This document shows positions 48,159-57,648 of a stretch of 64,000 nt of DNA, one piece after another. Under the pieces are notes generated by a model. That model did not search any database and was not told the DNA's origin. It was given only the letters and a program-made list of their open reading frames with translations. Numbering within the stretch: the first letter of the stretch is position 1; each line of letters begins with the position of its first letter. The position numbers were made by a program, and so were the translations under genes. Source of the stretch: an uncultured Dehalococcoidia bacterium (GTDB lineage Bacteria; Chloroflexota; Dehalococcoidia; Lucifugimonadales; GCA-2712585); assembly GCA_964439905.1 (NCBI GenBank), contig CAYTPK010000025.1, forward strand, positions 1,987 to 65,986. The letters run 5' to 3'.

Positions 48159-48485
48159 TCAGTATTTATAATCCTCTCGCACAGGCGTGAATATATCCAA
48201 AACTTGTGCTCTGGTGGAATAAGATTTTGCGTAATGCTCGACGCCTGCAGGAATAATATAGACATCGCCTTCGCTCAACATCTTTACTTCTTTTCCGATA
48301 CCCATTTCCAATTCACCGTTAAGTATAATTCCAGATTGTTCGTTCGGATGAGTATGCAGACCAACCTCTACACCAGGCTCGATATCCACCAAGGAAAGCA
48401 AGGTTTGTTCTCCCCAAAAAGTCCTGATCTGAGCACCAGTTACTATCTCTTTAGCTTCTCTAGTGTTTACATTGAAAAAAGCCAT
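48159..48485 (-). CDS. Cupin-domain protein
   Basis: 108 aa with GLHTHPNEQSG...IPAGVEH. Confidence 0.6.
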   Translation of the reverse strand: MAFFNVNTREAKEIVTGAQIRTFWGEQTLLSLVDIEPGVEVGLHTHPNEQSGIILNGELEMGIGKEVKMLSEGDVYIIPAGVEHYAKSYSTRAQVLDIFTPVREDYKY

Positions 48486-48699
48486 TTCTCCTCCGTGTTC
48501 TCTTAAATTAAATTTAACGCATGCGTTAGTATTGTTAAAGTTGCAATGGCATGGCTATATACCCGACCTGTCTATAAATCTCTGTATTTAATCCAATCAA
48601 ACTAATTATGTGTGACAGTACCAAATATGCAAGTCAAATCCTAGTTGTTCAGCTTTGGCGACGATAATATATCTCTGCAGCAGATCAAAACCAATCGTC

Positions 48700-49851
48700 T
48701 TATTCTGAAGTAGTATCATTGAAACGCCTTACCGAAGTTTCAACTGATTTCATTTCATCTAGTTCCGCCCCCCTTTTACCCAAATATTGTTGTATAGCTC
48801 GTGCAGAGGGGAATACTCGGCTTTCGAGAGACCCGATGCTACTATTATATGATTTGACTACCTTATCCAAGTTTGAACCCATCGTCTCATAATGTTTTAC
48901 CCAAGTTATCATTCTTGTGAACAGTTCCTCCGACTTCGTGGCAATTTCACGAGCATTTTGTGCAAGCTGTTGTTCGTTCCAGCCACGTGAGATTGCATGC
49001 AAAAGAGCAATTAGAGTTGACGGGGTTGCTATTACCACTCCAGCCTGAAATGCCTTTTCCAACAAATCAGGGCTTTTTCTAAGCGCGGCACCAAGAAAAG
49101 GCTCTCCGGGCAGAAAAAGAACGACAAATTCTGGGGTAGTCTCAAATAGATCTCTATATCCTTTCCCGGCCAGCTCCAAGACTCGAGCCTTCACTTGAGC
49201 AGCATGGTCATTAAGGGCCTTATCTCTTTCTTGATCAGATAAGGCTTCTATCGAGTCTAGATAGGCATTTAACGGAGTTTTGGCGTCTACAACTACGTTG
49301 CGACCATTCGGTAAATGCACAACCATGTCCGGTCGCTTTAAATTTTTGTCATTCGTCTCTACTGACATTTGTTCATAAAAATCGCACCTATCGACCATAC
49401 CAGCTAATTCAGCTACCCTTCGAAGCGTAATTTCCCCCCACTTTCCGCTGATATGTGGTACTCGAAGGGCATTAGTCAGATTCCTAGTTTCCTTTTCTAA
49501 TGTCACCTGCCCTTCTTGTACAGTCTTAATCAATTGTTCTAGGCTGCCATAATCCGCACTTCGGGTTTTTTCCAAAACATGCAGATGATCTCCAAGTGGC
49601 TTCAAGATTGATTCTATCGCTTGCTTTCTAGATTCGAGGTCTACCTTGGCCTCAGCCCGATCCTTACCCAATGCCTCTTTAGCTAATTGAAGAAAGCTCT
49701 CATTATTCTTACGTAATGCATCAGCCGCCAAGGAATCGAACATTCTGGAAATGACCTGCTCTGTTCTTCCTTGAACACCCACCCTAGAAATAATCAAAAT
49801 TGACAAACCACACCCGGCAACAGCACCGATCAATATCCATATGATTTCCAT
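48700..49851 (-). CDS. rmuC: DNA recombination protein RmuC
   Basis: N-terminal TM helix, coiled-coil region, and the RmuC nuclease-like C-terminal domain (PDMVVHLPNGRNVVVDAKTP). Confidence 0.85.
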   Translation of the reverse strand: MEIIWILIGAVAGCGLSILIISRVGVQGRTEQVISRMFDSLAADALRKNNESFLQLAKEALGKDRAEAKVDLESRKQAIESILKPLGDHLHVLEKTRSADYGSLEQLIKTVQEGQVTLEKETRNLTNALRVPHISGKWGEITLRRVAELAGMVDRCDFYEQMSVETNDKNLKRPDMVVHLPNGRNVVVDAKTPLNAYLDSIEALSDQERDKALNDHAAQVKARVLELAGKGYRDLFETTPEFVVLFLPGEPFLGAALRKSPDLLEKAFQAGVVIATPSTLIALLHAISRGWNEQQLAQNAREIATKSEELFTRMITWVKHYETMGSNLDKVVKSYNSSIGSLESRVFPSARAIQQYLGKRGAELDEMKSVETSVRRFNDTTSE

Positions 49852-50197
49852 TTTAATGCCGCCTCCTGCCTATACCCGGATCTGCAAAACTAGCTTATCA
49901 CATCTCCACTACAAATAAGGTTGCCGGTAAATCCTTCCTTAATAACCATATTTTGGTCCGTCAACTCAGAGTTTTTTGGAACCTACATTTCATCCCCATA
50001 AACCAACCAGCCACTAACTCCCAAAATGCTAACCAATTTATAGTGCCCATTGATACCAATTCGTTAAACACGGCCCCCAGGAAACTAATTGATAAGTCAA
50101 TATCAGTTCAAAGATTGCGGAATGCTTATCATCTGATTGAACCTTTGCCCAACCCTAGGTATCATATCTCTAAACTAAAAATATATGGGAAAAAACC

Positions 50198-50959
50198 ATG
50201 GATTCTATTACTGTTCTTATAGACAAATTCGAAGGCGTGGGCATCCTAACCCTAAATAGGCCTAGTGTCTTAAACGCTATGAACTTGCAATTGGTTGGCG
50301 AACTCGGCAAGGCAATTGAGGATATGGAATCTGATGATGAGATACGTGTGATAATACTTACTGGCTCTGGTAACAAGGCTTTTTGTGCCGGAGCAGACAT
50401 ACACGAAATGCGAACAATGAGCAGCCATGATCATGAAATGAGCCAAAAACTACGCTATTCAACCCAATGGAAACTCGCCACTTGTTCAAAACCCGTAATA
50501 GGGGCACTAAACGGTCTGTGCTACGGAGGAGGAAGTGTTATGGCTACCTCCTTAGATTTTTTGGTGGGTTGCGAACTAACAAAGTTCAGATTCCTAGCGG
50601 CAGCTTATGGTCAACTAAATGCCACATGGACATTACCTAATTTAATTGGATGGCCAAGAGCCAAGGAACTCCTCTACACCGGCCGTGTGGTAACTGCCGA
50701 AGAGGCTTACAGAATCGGGCTGTTAAATCACCTAGTTGGTACTGACAAAGTTCTAGAAAAAAGCCTGGAACTCGCCAGCCTAATCGCTGCTAACTATCCG
50801 ACATCAGTCCAGGGCACCAAATCCCTGATTCTGGAAGGGTTAGGCCATACCTGGAAAGAGCAATGGGACGCCGAACATACAGCTAGAGAACATCGCTTCA
50901 GAGGATTGCCAATAGAAGAGGGATTTAAAGATTTTATTTCGAAAAAGGGGCGTAATTAG
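50198..50959 (+). CDS. Enoyl-CoA hydratase/isomerase (crotonase) family
   Basis: 253 aa with LNRPSVLNAMN and FCAGADI. Confidence 0.85.
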   Translation: MDSITVLIDKFEGVGILTLNRPSVLNAMNLQLVGELGKAIEDMESDDEIRVIILTGSGNKAFCAGADIHEMRTMSSHDHEMSQKLRYSTQWKLATCSKPVIGALNGLCYGGGSVMATSLDFLVGCELTKFRFLAAAYGQLNATWTLPNLIGWPRAKELLYTGRVVTAEEAYRIGLLNHLVGTDKVLEKSLELASLIAANYPTSVQGTKSLILEGLGHTWKEQWDAEHTAREHRFRGLPIEEGFKDFISKKGRN

Positions 50960-50964
50960 ATACC

Positions 50965-52008
50965 GTGATGAAAAATGTAGAAATAGCTATTGTAGGTGTG
51001 GGAGCCATTGGCGGTACTATAGGCGGCCCACTCACTAAAGCAGGATACGACGTCACTCTTATCGATCAATGGCCAGAGAATGTCAAAGCCATGAAAGAAT
51101 CCGGCCTTACAATCAGCGGCACACACGGAGAGCATCTAGTGACGGTCAATGCTATACATATCCATGAGCTTTGTACGGCGCCCAAAACATTCGATTGGAT
51201 ATTTATTTGTGTAAAGTCGTATGACACTGCTTGGGTTACAACACTGATGCTCCCATATCTCAAACCGCAAGGCGTCTTCGTTTCAGCACAAAACAGCATC
51301 AACGATAACACGATAGCCGAATTAGCAGGTTTTAACAAAATACTTGCCTGTGTACTAACTCTTGGAGGAGGGATGTACGAACCAGGAAAGGTTATCCGTA
51401 CCAATGATCCCGCAACTCTAGCAATTACCGTAGGAGAACTTCACGGACAGTCTTCCCCGCGACTACTAGAACTGGAAACTCTCATGTCTCACGTAGGGGT
51501 AAGCAAAATAACCAATAATACATGGGGAGAAAGATGGGCCAAACTCGTGGTAAATTGCATGGTAAATCCCATGGCAGGAATTACGGGATTAAGCTCTGCA
51601 GAGGTTAGGAGGAATCCTGCGACTAGACGCATCCTCATTCGAATAGCAGCCGAGGCAATCAGAGTCGGCATGAATCATGGATTCGAAGTTGAAAATATCA
51701 ACGGGATTCCTGCAAAATCTTATATTGCAGCCGATGAAGGTGTGGGAACTGATATGGAGAAGGTGGAAACTGAAATGGCGCTCCGTTCAAGTGAAAGAGG
51801 GGAAGGATTACCATCAATGCTTCAAGATTTAATGAAGGGTCGTAAGACTGAAATAGATTACTTAAACGGATATGTTGTCGACAAAGGCACCCAACTTGGC
51901 ATGCCTACCCCTGTAAATGAAACAATTGTTGATCTTTTGACTTCCGTCGAGAAAGGTCTAATAAAACCCTCTATGGACAATTTAGTAAGCCTGAAAAAGT
52001 TCAATTAA
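50965..52008 (+). CDS. 2-dehydropantoate 2-reductase (ApbA/PanE) family oxidoreductase
   Basis: GTG start. IVGVGAIGG Rossmann motif and the C-terminal ApbA_C pattern (MLQDLMKGRKTEIDYLNG). Confidence 0.75.
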   Translation: MMKNVEIAIVGVGAIGGTIGGPLTKAGYDVTLIDQWPENVKAMKESGLTISGTHGEHLVTVNAIHIHELCTAPKTFDWIFICVKSYDTAWVTTLMLPYLKPQGVFVSAQNSINDNTIAELAGFNKILACVLTLGGGMYEPGKVIRTNDPATLAITVGELHGQSSPRLLELETLMSHVGVSKITNNTWGERWAKLVVNCMVNPMAGITGLSSAEVRRNPATRRILIRIAAEAIRVGMNHGFEVENINGIPAKSYIAADEGVGTDMEKVETEMALRSSERGEGLPSMLQDLMKGRKTEIDYLNGYVVDKGTQLGMPTPVNETIVDLLTSVEKGLIKPSMDNLVSLKKFN

Positions 52009-52196
52009 CTGGTCTTATCTCGCTAAATAGAAGAACATATAGCAAAATTGGATGTTTCCGGGCGTTAAAAAGATTGCCAATGTTCTTCAGATACTTATAT
52101 AATACGCCAGAAGTTTCACTAGCCATATTCTGTTTATCGGCCTGGAGCCACCGGAAATGATCCGGTTTCCTCGCCGGTTGCCGAATAGGAGGTTTA

Positions 52197-53339
52197 ATGT
52201 ATTTGTCCAAAGTAATCAAAGTGGGCCTTTCACTCTCACTACTGGCCCTGCTAATGCCTGTTAGTCTAGCTAATGCAGAGGTTAGGGGTGAAGCGGTTAT
52301 CAGAGATTCTGCTCCCGGGCTTTCCGACGAGTTGTCAATTTCTCTGACAATGCCTATTCTCGGATCCGGCCATTCCTATGAAGGTTGGCTGGTAACCGAT
52401 GATGGGGATGACAGCCTGAGTGTTGGCGAGTTAGATCAAGCAGCTGACGGAAGTGTGACTCACACTTACATCAGCCCAGACGGAACAAACCTTGCAAGCG
52501 TGTACAGCGAGTTCCAAATCAAAGATGATTCGGGCGCCGTCTTGTATTCCGACTCGATCTCTGAAGGTGGGCTTTCCCATATCAGAAATCTTCTCTTCTC
52601 TCAATCAGGAAACCCTTCCTACGACTCTGGAGCACATGAAGGAGTCGCAAAGGGTACTTCAGTAGGATTGCGAGATCAGGCGGATGCAGCGTTATTGAGC
52701 GCTACAAACGGTGTAGGTTCGACAACCCTTGCAGACGTTCAATCGCATGCAGGACATGTGATTAACATCATTGAGGGAGACGACGGAGCTAACTTCGTAG
52801 CTGATGTAGGAAGCTCAGGTGACGGTCACGGCTTGCTGAATTACGCGGCAGCAGCTTCTGTGGAAGCGAAAGCCGCAGCTGCCGGTGATAGTGCTGACAA
52901 CACAATTGCTCAGTATGAGTCAACGGTTGCTTCTTCAGCGGATAACGTGGCGACATGGGCAGCGTCAGCAAGAGACGCCGCTATGAGTGCTCGCACGGCC
53001 GCATCGCTTGACGTAGGAATAGCCTTCATTACCAATGCCCAAACTCTCCTTTCGAGAACGGTTAACGGTTTCGATACCGATCGAAACGGATCGATTGGAG
53101 CTGATGAAGGTGGAGCAAGTCAAGCTCATACAGGAGCTCAGAATATGGCCTCTTTTGAGCCGACAGTAGTACCAACAGTACTAGAGACAACGGTAGAGGT
53201 AGAGGTAGAGGTAGAGGTAGAAGCCCCAGCAACAGGGGATATAAACTACGGCCTCTTCGCAATTATGGCATTGCTTTCTGGAGCCATATTAGTGACTGGT
53301 GGAGCATCACTGCTGAAAAGACATCGCTCTGCAGCATAG
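52197..53339 (+). CDS. Secreted Ala/Gly-rich surface protein with (VE)5 spacer and sortase-type C-terminal signal
   Basis: Signal peptide ...PVSLANA-EV. A YEGWLVTDDG region resembles the RskA C-terminal domain. The C terminus is APATGD, then a hydrophobic helix, then KRHRSAA. Confidence 0.6.
   Translation: MYLSKVIKVGLSLSLLALLMPVSLANAEVRGEAVIRDSAPGLSDELSISLTMPILGSGHSYEGWLVTDDGDDSLSVGELDQAADGSVTHTYISPDGTNLASVYSEFQIKDDSGAVLYSDSISEGGLSHIRNLLFSQSGNPSYDSGAHEGVAKGTSVGLRDQADAALLSATNGVGSTTLADVQSHAGHVINIIEGDDGANFVADVGSSGDGHGLLNYAAAASVEAKAAAAGDSADNTIAQYESTVASSADNVATWAASARDAAMSARTAASLDVGIAFITNAQTLLSRTVNGFDTDRNGSIGADEGGASQAHTGAQNMASFEPTVVPTVLETTVEVEVEVEVEAPATGDINYGLFAIMALLSGAILVTGGASLLKRHRSAA
53193..53222 (+). 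repeat. Hexanucleotide tandem repeat (GTAGAG)x4 + GTAGAA
   Basis: Read directly from the sequence. It encodes VEVEVEVEVE inside 52197..53339. Confidence 0.9.
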
Positions 53340-53359
53340 TTTCAAACTGAATTACGAAA

Positions 53360-53395
53360 ATAAGTTGAGGCCCCTATCATGGGGCCTCAACTTAT
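53360..53395. terminator. Strong terminator hairpin after the surface-protein gene
   Basis: ATAAGTTGAGGCCCC-tatcat-GGGGCCTCAACTTAT, a perfect 15-bp stem with A and T tracts on both sides. Confidence 0.75.
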
Positions 53396-53424
53396 TTATC
53401 AAATCATGATCACTATCAATCACC

Positions 53425-53811
53425 ATGAAAAAAGTACGTAAAAATTATCCAGACATAGCTCCTACAATTGGCAACTATGTGCGTACCATACGCACAGGCA
53501 ATTTCTTATTCATATCAGGATGCACAGCTGTAGGTACCGATAATGAGAATGGAGATGTTATAGCTCAGGCAGAATGTACCATCCAGAGAATATCAAACAT
53601 TGTAAGGGATCAGGGCGGGTTGAACTCCGATATTGTGAAGGTAGTAATTTACGTCACCGATATGGAAGAATTTCGGCCTCGACTTGAGGAATTCAATAAC
53701 ATTATAGAAAAATATTTTAGTGGTGAATATCCAACCAGCACCCTAGTTATGACGCCTGGCCTAGCAAAACCCACACTTAAAATCGAAATAGACGCCACCG
53801 TAATTTTTTAA
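53425..53811 (+). CDS. ridA: RidA/YjgF/UK114-family reactive-intermediate deaminase
   Basis: 128 aa with family resemblance (FISGCTA...VKVVIYVTDM...IEIDATV). Confidence 0.8.
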   Translation: MKKVRKNYPDIAPTIGNYVRTIRTGNFLFISGCTAVGTDNENGDVIAQAECTIQRISNIVRDQGGLNSDIVKVVIYVTDMEEFRPRLEEFNNIIEKYFSGEYPTSTLVMTPGLAKPTLKIEIDATVIF

Positions 53812-53813
53812 CA

Positions 53814-53842
53814 TTGACCCTAAAAACTAACCCGTTTACAAT
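53814..53842 (+). promoter_or_regulatory. Promoter of the desulforedoxin-like mini-gene pair
   Basis: TTGACC (53814-53819), 17-nt spacer, TACAAT (53837-53842). Confidence 0.5.
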
Positions 53843-53882
53843 ATATTCCTGTTAACGAACATGCCTAAACCAACGATCTATA

Positions 53883-54002
53883 ATGCCTAATCAGACTGGC
53901 AAAAGATATATTTGTAATCATTGCGGGTCAGAATTTCTGGTGACCCGGGGTGGTGAAGGTGAGATGACTTGCTGTAACTCGCCCGCATTAACAAAACCTT
54001 GA
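53883..54002 (+). CDS. Desulforedoxin-like Cys4 mini-protein 1 (39 aa; absent from ORF track)
   Basis: Own translation: MPNQTGKRYICNHCGSEFLVTRGGEGEMTCCNSPALTKP. This is the CxxCG...G.G...CC pattern of the desulforedoxin / desulfoferrodoxin N-terminal domain. Confidence 0.55.
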   Translation: MPNQTGKRYICNHCGSEFLVTRGGEGEMTCCNSPALTKP

Positions 54003-54016
54003 AGAGACTTTAAATA

Positions 54017-54160
54017 TTGGCAAATCAACTAGGTAAACGATACGGATGTGGGGCTTGCGGAACGCTAATTTTGTGCGTAAAAACTGGTCCCGGCACTGTG
54101 CTATGTTGTGGCAATGAAATGGAAATTCAAACACCACGCAATCTTCCCTCATCAGACTAG
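54017..54160 (+). CDS. Desulforedoxin-like Cys4 mini-protein 2 (47 aa; absent from ORF track)
   Basis: TTG start. Own translation: (M)ANQLGKRYGCGACGTLILCVKTGPGTVLCCGNEMEIQTPRNLPSSD, including the CCGxxM motif. Confidence 0.5.
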   Translation: MANQLGKRYGCGACGTLILCVKTGPGTVLCCGNEMEIQTPRNLPSSD

Positions 54161-54166
54161 CTAGTT

Positions 54167-55024
54167 TCAGGTTCCAATCGTAATTTCTAAAACGCGATCA
54201 AGCCCTCTCAAATCGCGAATAACATCAAACTTTGCTTCTGGATGTTGCTCTTTAAAAATAAATGCTACGCCTTCTATTTGATGTGGATCCATTTCTAAAA
54301 GGAACGTCACTCGAGAATTATTACGTTTTAAACTGGATTGCACAGCGATCTTTCTAAAGCAACTCAATCCGTCATGCCCCCCATCTAATGCAATTCTTGG
54401 TTCCCATTTAACTTCCTCCTGTAGCCACTCTATATTTCTAGATGGAATATAAGGCAAGTTTCCTATTACCAAATCCGGTAGGGCAAAAATGGGTTCTAAA
54501 AGATCACCATAGAGTACAGTGATTTTTTCATAAAGATCGAACCTCTTAAAATTTTGCCGTGCGATCGTCAAGGCCTTTCTAGAATTATCTGTAGCAGACA
54601 ATCGTATTGTGGGTGCGTTGAGCATTAGGTTTATCGCTATAGAGCCACATCCCGTGCCTATATCTACTACAACTGGAGATTTCCCGAACACTCCGCTATT
54701 ACATATTTCAATTCCTCGCTCAATTAATATCTCGGTTTCTGGTCTTGGTATCAAGACATCTGGTGAAACAATCATATCAATGGCATACGATTTCCATATC
54801 CCAAGAACATAAGCTAACGGCTTTCCAGTTATTCTCTCGAATACAATTTGTTGCACTTTGTCGGCTGTTGAGCTAGTCACTTCGGAGAGTCCATCCAAAT
54901 AGAGTTCGTATCGGGTCACGTTCAAAACGTGCATCCAAATCAACTCTGCCTCAATTTTAGCTTCAGCTATATTTACTGAGGCTAGATGCTCTTCTGTAAA
55001 ACGCAACGAATCCCTGATAGACAC
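54167..55024 (-). CDS. prmC: Release-factor glutamine N5-methyltransferase PrmC
   Basis: VDIGTGCGSIA SAM motif and the NLPY variant of NPPY. It lies directly downstream of prfA. Confidence 0.85.
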   Translation of the reverse strand: MSIRDSLRFTEEHLASVNIAEAKIEAELIWMHVLNVTRYELYLDGLSEVTSSTADKVQQIVFERITGKPLAYVLGIWKSYAIDMIVSPDVLIPRPETEILIERGIEICNSGVFGKSPVVVDIGTGCGSIAINLMLNAPTIRLSATDNSRKALTIARQNFKRFDLYEKITVLYGDLLEPIFALPDLVIGNLPYIPSRNIEWLQEEVKWEPRIALDGGHDGLSCFRKIAVQSSLKRNNSRVTFLLEMDPHQIEGVAFIFKEQHPEAKFDVIRDLRGLDRVLEITIGT

Positions 55025-55055
55025 TATATATCTCTAATCCATATAGGCAGAAGGA

Positions 55056-56144
55056 TTAAGCTATTAATGCTTCCCCAAGGTTTTGTTCCTGCGCGTTGAC
55101 AATAAGTGATTCGACTAACTCGTCGATATGACCATCAAGAATTTTTGGCATACCGAAAAAACTTTTTCCTATTCGATGATCCGTCACTCTATCCTGAGGT
55201 ATGTTATAGGTCCTTATCTTTTCCGCCCTTTCAGCTGAACCCACTTGCGCCTTCCTGGATTCTGAAATTTCGCGTTGATGTTTAGATTGTTCTTCCTGAT
55301 AGAGCCGGGCCCTCAAAATTTCCATAGCTTTACTCTTATTTTTATGTTGAGACCGTTCGTCTTGACATGTGACTATTATTCCAGAGGGATTGTGGACAAT
55401 GCGTATTGCTGTAGCGACTTTATTAACATTCTGGCCTCCCGCTCCACCAGAATGGAAAACATCGATTCTCAAGTCATCGGGGTTTATCCTTACGTCTACC
55501 TCTTCTGCTTCAGGAAGAACCGCTACCGTTGACGTTGATGTATGGATCCTGCCCGAAGCTTCCGTTGTAGGAACTCTCTGCACTCTATGCACACCTCTTT
55601 CAAATTTTAGACGACTGAAGACGCCTTTGCCTTTTACAGAGAAAACAATTTCACTAAACCCTTCTATACTAGATTCATGTGAATCTAGGACCTCGACACG
55701 CCAATCCTTTAATTGTGCGTACCGACTATACATCCGAAACAGATCACCCGCAAAAATTGCTGCCTCATCCCCACCAGTGCCTTTACGAATTTCTACGATG
55801 ACATTCCTGTCATCATTCGGGTCTTTAGGTAATAAGGCAATTTTAAGTAGCTGCTCCAGGTTTTCTATCTGCGCCGTCAAGACTTTAGCTTCTTCTTTCG
55901 CAAGAGCAATAATCTCCGCATCATCTTCTGACACAATCAAAGAAGAATTCCCTTCTTGTTCAGTTTTAGCGTCCTTGAGTTGCCTATACAATGTTACGGT
56001 ATCAGATAAAGTCGACACCTCTCGAGCCAAGCGCTGGAAGGCATCATAATCTGACGCTATCTCAGGTTCCGCCATAAGTAAAACCAACTCGTCGTGACGG
56101 TCCTCAATTTGTTGCAACTTTTCGTAAAATGATTCCATATTCAA
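55056..56144 (-). CDS. prfA: Peptide chain release factor 1
   Basis: GGQ (SGGAGGQNVNKV) and the RF1-type PxT tripeptide (RVPTTE). Confidence 0.95.
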   Translation of the reverse strand: MNMESFYEKLQQIEDRHDELVLLMAEPEIASDYDAFQRLAREVSTLSDTVTLYRQLKDAKTEQEGNSSLIVSEDDAEIIALAKEEAKVLTAQIENLEQLLKIALLPKDPNDDRNVIVEIRKGTGGDEAAIFAGDLFRMYSRYAQLKDWRVEVLDSHESSIEGFSEIVFSVKGKGVFSRLKFERGVHRVQRVPTTEASGRIHTSTSTVAVLPEAEEVDVRINPDDLRIDVFHSGGAGGQNVNKVATAIRIVHNPSGIIVTCQDERSQHKNKSKAMEILRARLYQEEQSKHQREISESRKAQVGSAERAEKIRTYNIPQDRVTDHRIGKSFFGMPKILDGHIDELVESLIVNAQEQNLGEALIA

Positions 56145-56232
56145 TTACATGCGAAGACAATTCTGCCATTATTCTATCATGATAGGATGTTTACAAGATC
56201 CAGTTATCTCATCTGGAATTCCTATAAAAACT

Positions 56233-57648
56233 TCAAGAAAGACTAGGCCTTCTTTTGTGCCAATCTGTCACCTGTTGATATGCATATCCAGCGTTAAGAA
56301 TTCTCGCCTCTTCAAATGGCCGTCCCGCTAATTGCATTCCTAAAGGCATGCCTTGGGAAAATCCACAGGGTATGGTCAATGCAGGAAATCCAGTCAAATT
56401 AAAAGCTCTGGTATATTGGGTCAACGCTGGTATTACTCCCATTATCTCTCTTTTGACGATGATCCGCTCTTCTCTAATCATAGGAGCAATAACCGGTATT
56501 GTTGGACCAATTATTACATCTACCTCATCAAAAAGAGCAAGGCTTTGCATTGTATATTTTGTTCGTGCCCTCGATGCTTTGAGATAGTCTGACGCAGATA
56601 TAAATAATCCTGTTTCCACTCGCCACCTAATGCTTGGATCATACTCATGGGAATATTGTTGAAGAAGATCTCTGTGGTATTCGGCCGCTTCAGCATAAAT
56701 CATGGGCGTAGAAATATTCGCCGAATGATGATAAATCGGCCAGCTCACTTCCTTAACTTGGGCTCCCAATCCCTTAAACACACTAATTCCATCTTTAATT
56801 GCCTTTTCTATGGCAGGGTCTAGAGGAAGCTCAAAATATTCCTTGGGCACGCCAAGGCGAACCCCTTTCAAATCTCCAGTTAAAGAATCGACATGACGAT
56901 CAACCGGCCTAAACGATGACGATGCATCATTCTCATCCCTTCCTGCTATTACATCCATCATTATTGCCGAATCCCATACATCTTGGGTCATAGGGCCCAC
57001 ATGATCAAAAGACCAAGCCAATGGGACGACCCCATGTCGACTAATACGTCCATAAGTAGGCTTCAATCCAGTAATGCCACATAGCGCAGCGGGAATCCTT
57101 ACCGATCCTCCAGTATCTGTCCCTAAGGCTAATGGCAGTTGCCCAGAAGCCACAGCAGATCCAGATCCCCCACTGGACCCGCCAGCAAGCCGTTCAACAT
57201 CCCAGGGATTATGCATATCGCCATAGTGTTCATTTAACCCAGTAGGTCCAAACGCAAACTGGTGAAGGTTTAATTTGCCCATTAACACTGCCCCTGCTGA
57301 TCTCAGTAAAGCAGCCACAGTGCTGTCGTATGAAGGAACAAATTTATCAAATATTTTCGAACCTGCCGTATTTCTAATTCCTTTGACATAAAACAAATCC
57401 TTGAGTCCTACGGGTATTCCATGAAGTGGTCCTCTGTAGTGACCCTGAACAATTTCTGTTTCTGCCAATTCCGCTTCCTTTAAGGCTTCTTCTCCGGGAT
57501 AGGATATAAAGGAATTTAGTGCAGTGTCTGTCGTGGTTATACGATCTAGATACGCGTGGAACAATTCTACGGGGGAAACTTTCTTGGCTCGAATGAGCTC
57601 AGATAAACTGTGAACAGTTTTATAACAAAGATTCTGATTATTCGTCAT
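56233..57648 (-). CDS. Amidase-signature enzyme (GatA/AtzE-like)
   Basis: GGSSGGSGSAVA signature with a Ser-cisSer-Lys layout. ATG 57648 is preferred and overlaps the upstream small gene by 11 nt. Track start is 57690. Confidence 0.85.
   Translation of the reverse strand: MTNNQNLCYKTVHSLSELIRAKKVSPVELFHAYLDRITTTDTALNSFISYPGEEALKEAELAETEIVQGHYRGPLHGIPVGLKDLFYVKGIRNTAGSKIFDKFVPSYDSTVAALLRSAGAVLMGKLNLHQFAFGPTGLNEHYGDMHNPWDVERLAGGSSGGSGSAVASGQLPLALGTDTGGSVRIPAALCGITGLKPTYGRISRHGVVPLAWSFDHVGPMTQDVWDSAIMMDVIAGRDENDASSSFRPVDRHVDSLTGDLKGVRLGVPKEYFELPLDPAIEKAIKDGISVFKGLGAQVKEVSWPIYHHSANISTPMIYAEAAEYHRDLLQQYSHEYDPSIRWRVETGLFISASDYLKASRARTKYTMQSLALFDEVDVIIGPTIPVIAPMIREERIIVKREIMGVIPALTQYTRAFNLTGFPALTIPCGFSQGMPLGMQLAGRPFEEARILNAGYAYQQVTDWHKRRPSLS

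Noticed and set aside
49953-50222. 89-aa ORF in the rmuC-crotonase spacer, and 52001..52219(-) in the next spacer.
   Set aside because: There is no RBS. Both have low-complexity AT-driven composition and overlap the promoter, RBS or start of the flanking genes. They are treated as non-coding.
55369-56049. 226-aa ORF on the plus strand opposite prfA.
   Set aside because: It is fully antisense to the well-conserved RF1 gene, has Ser/Thr/Ala-rich shadow-frame composition, and has no start context.
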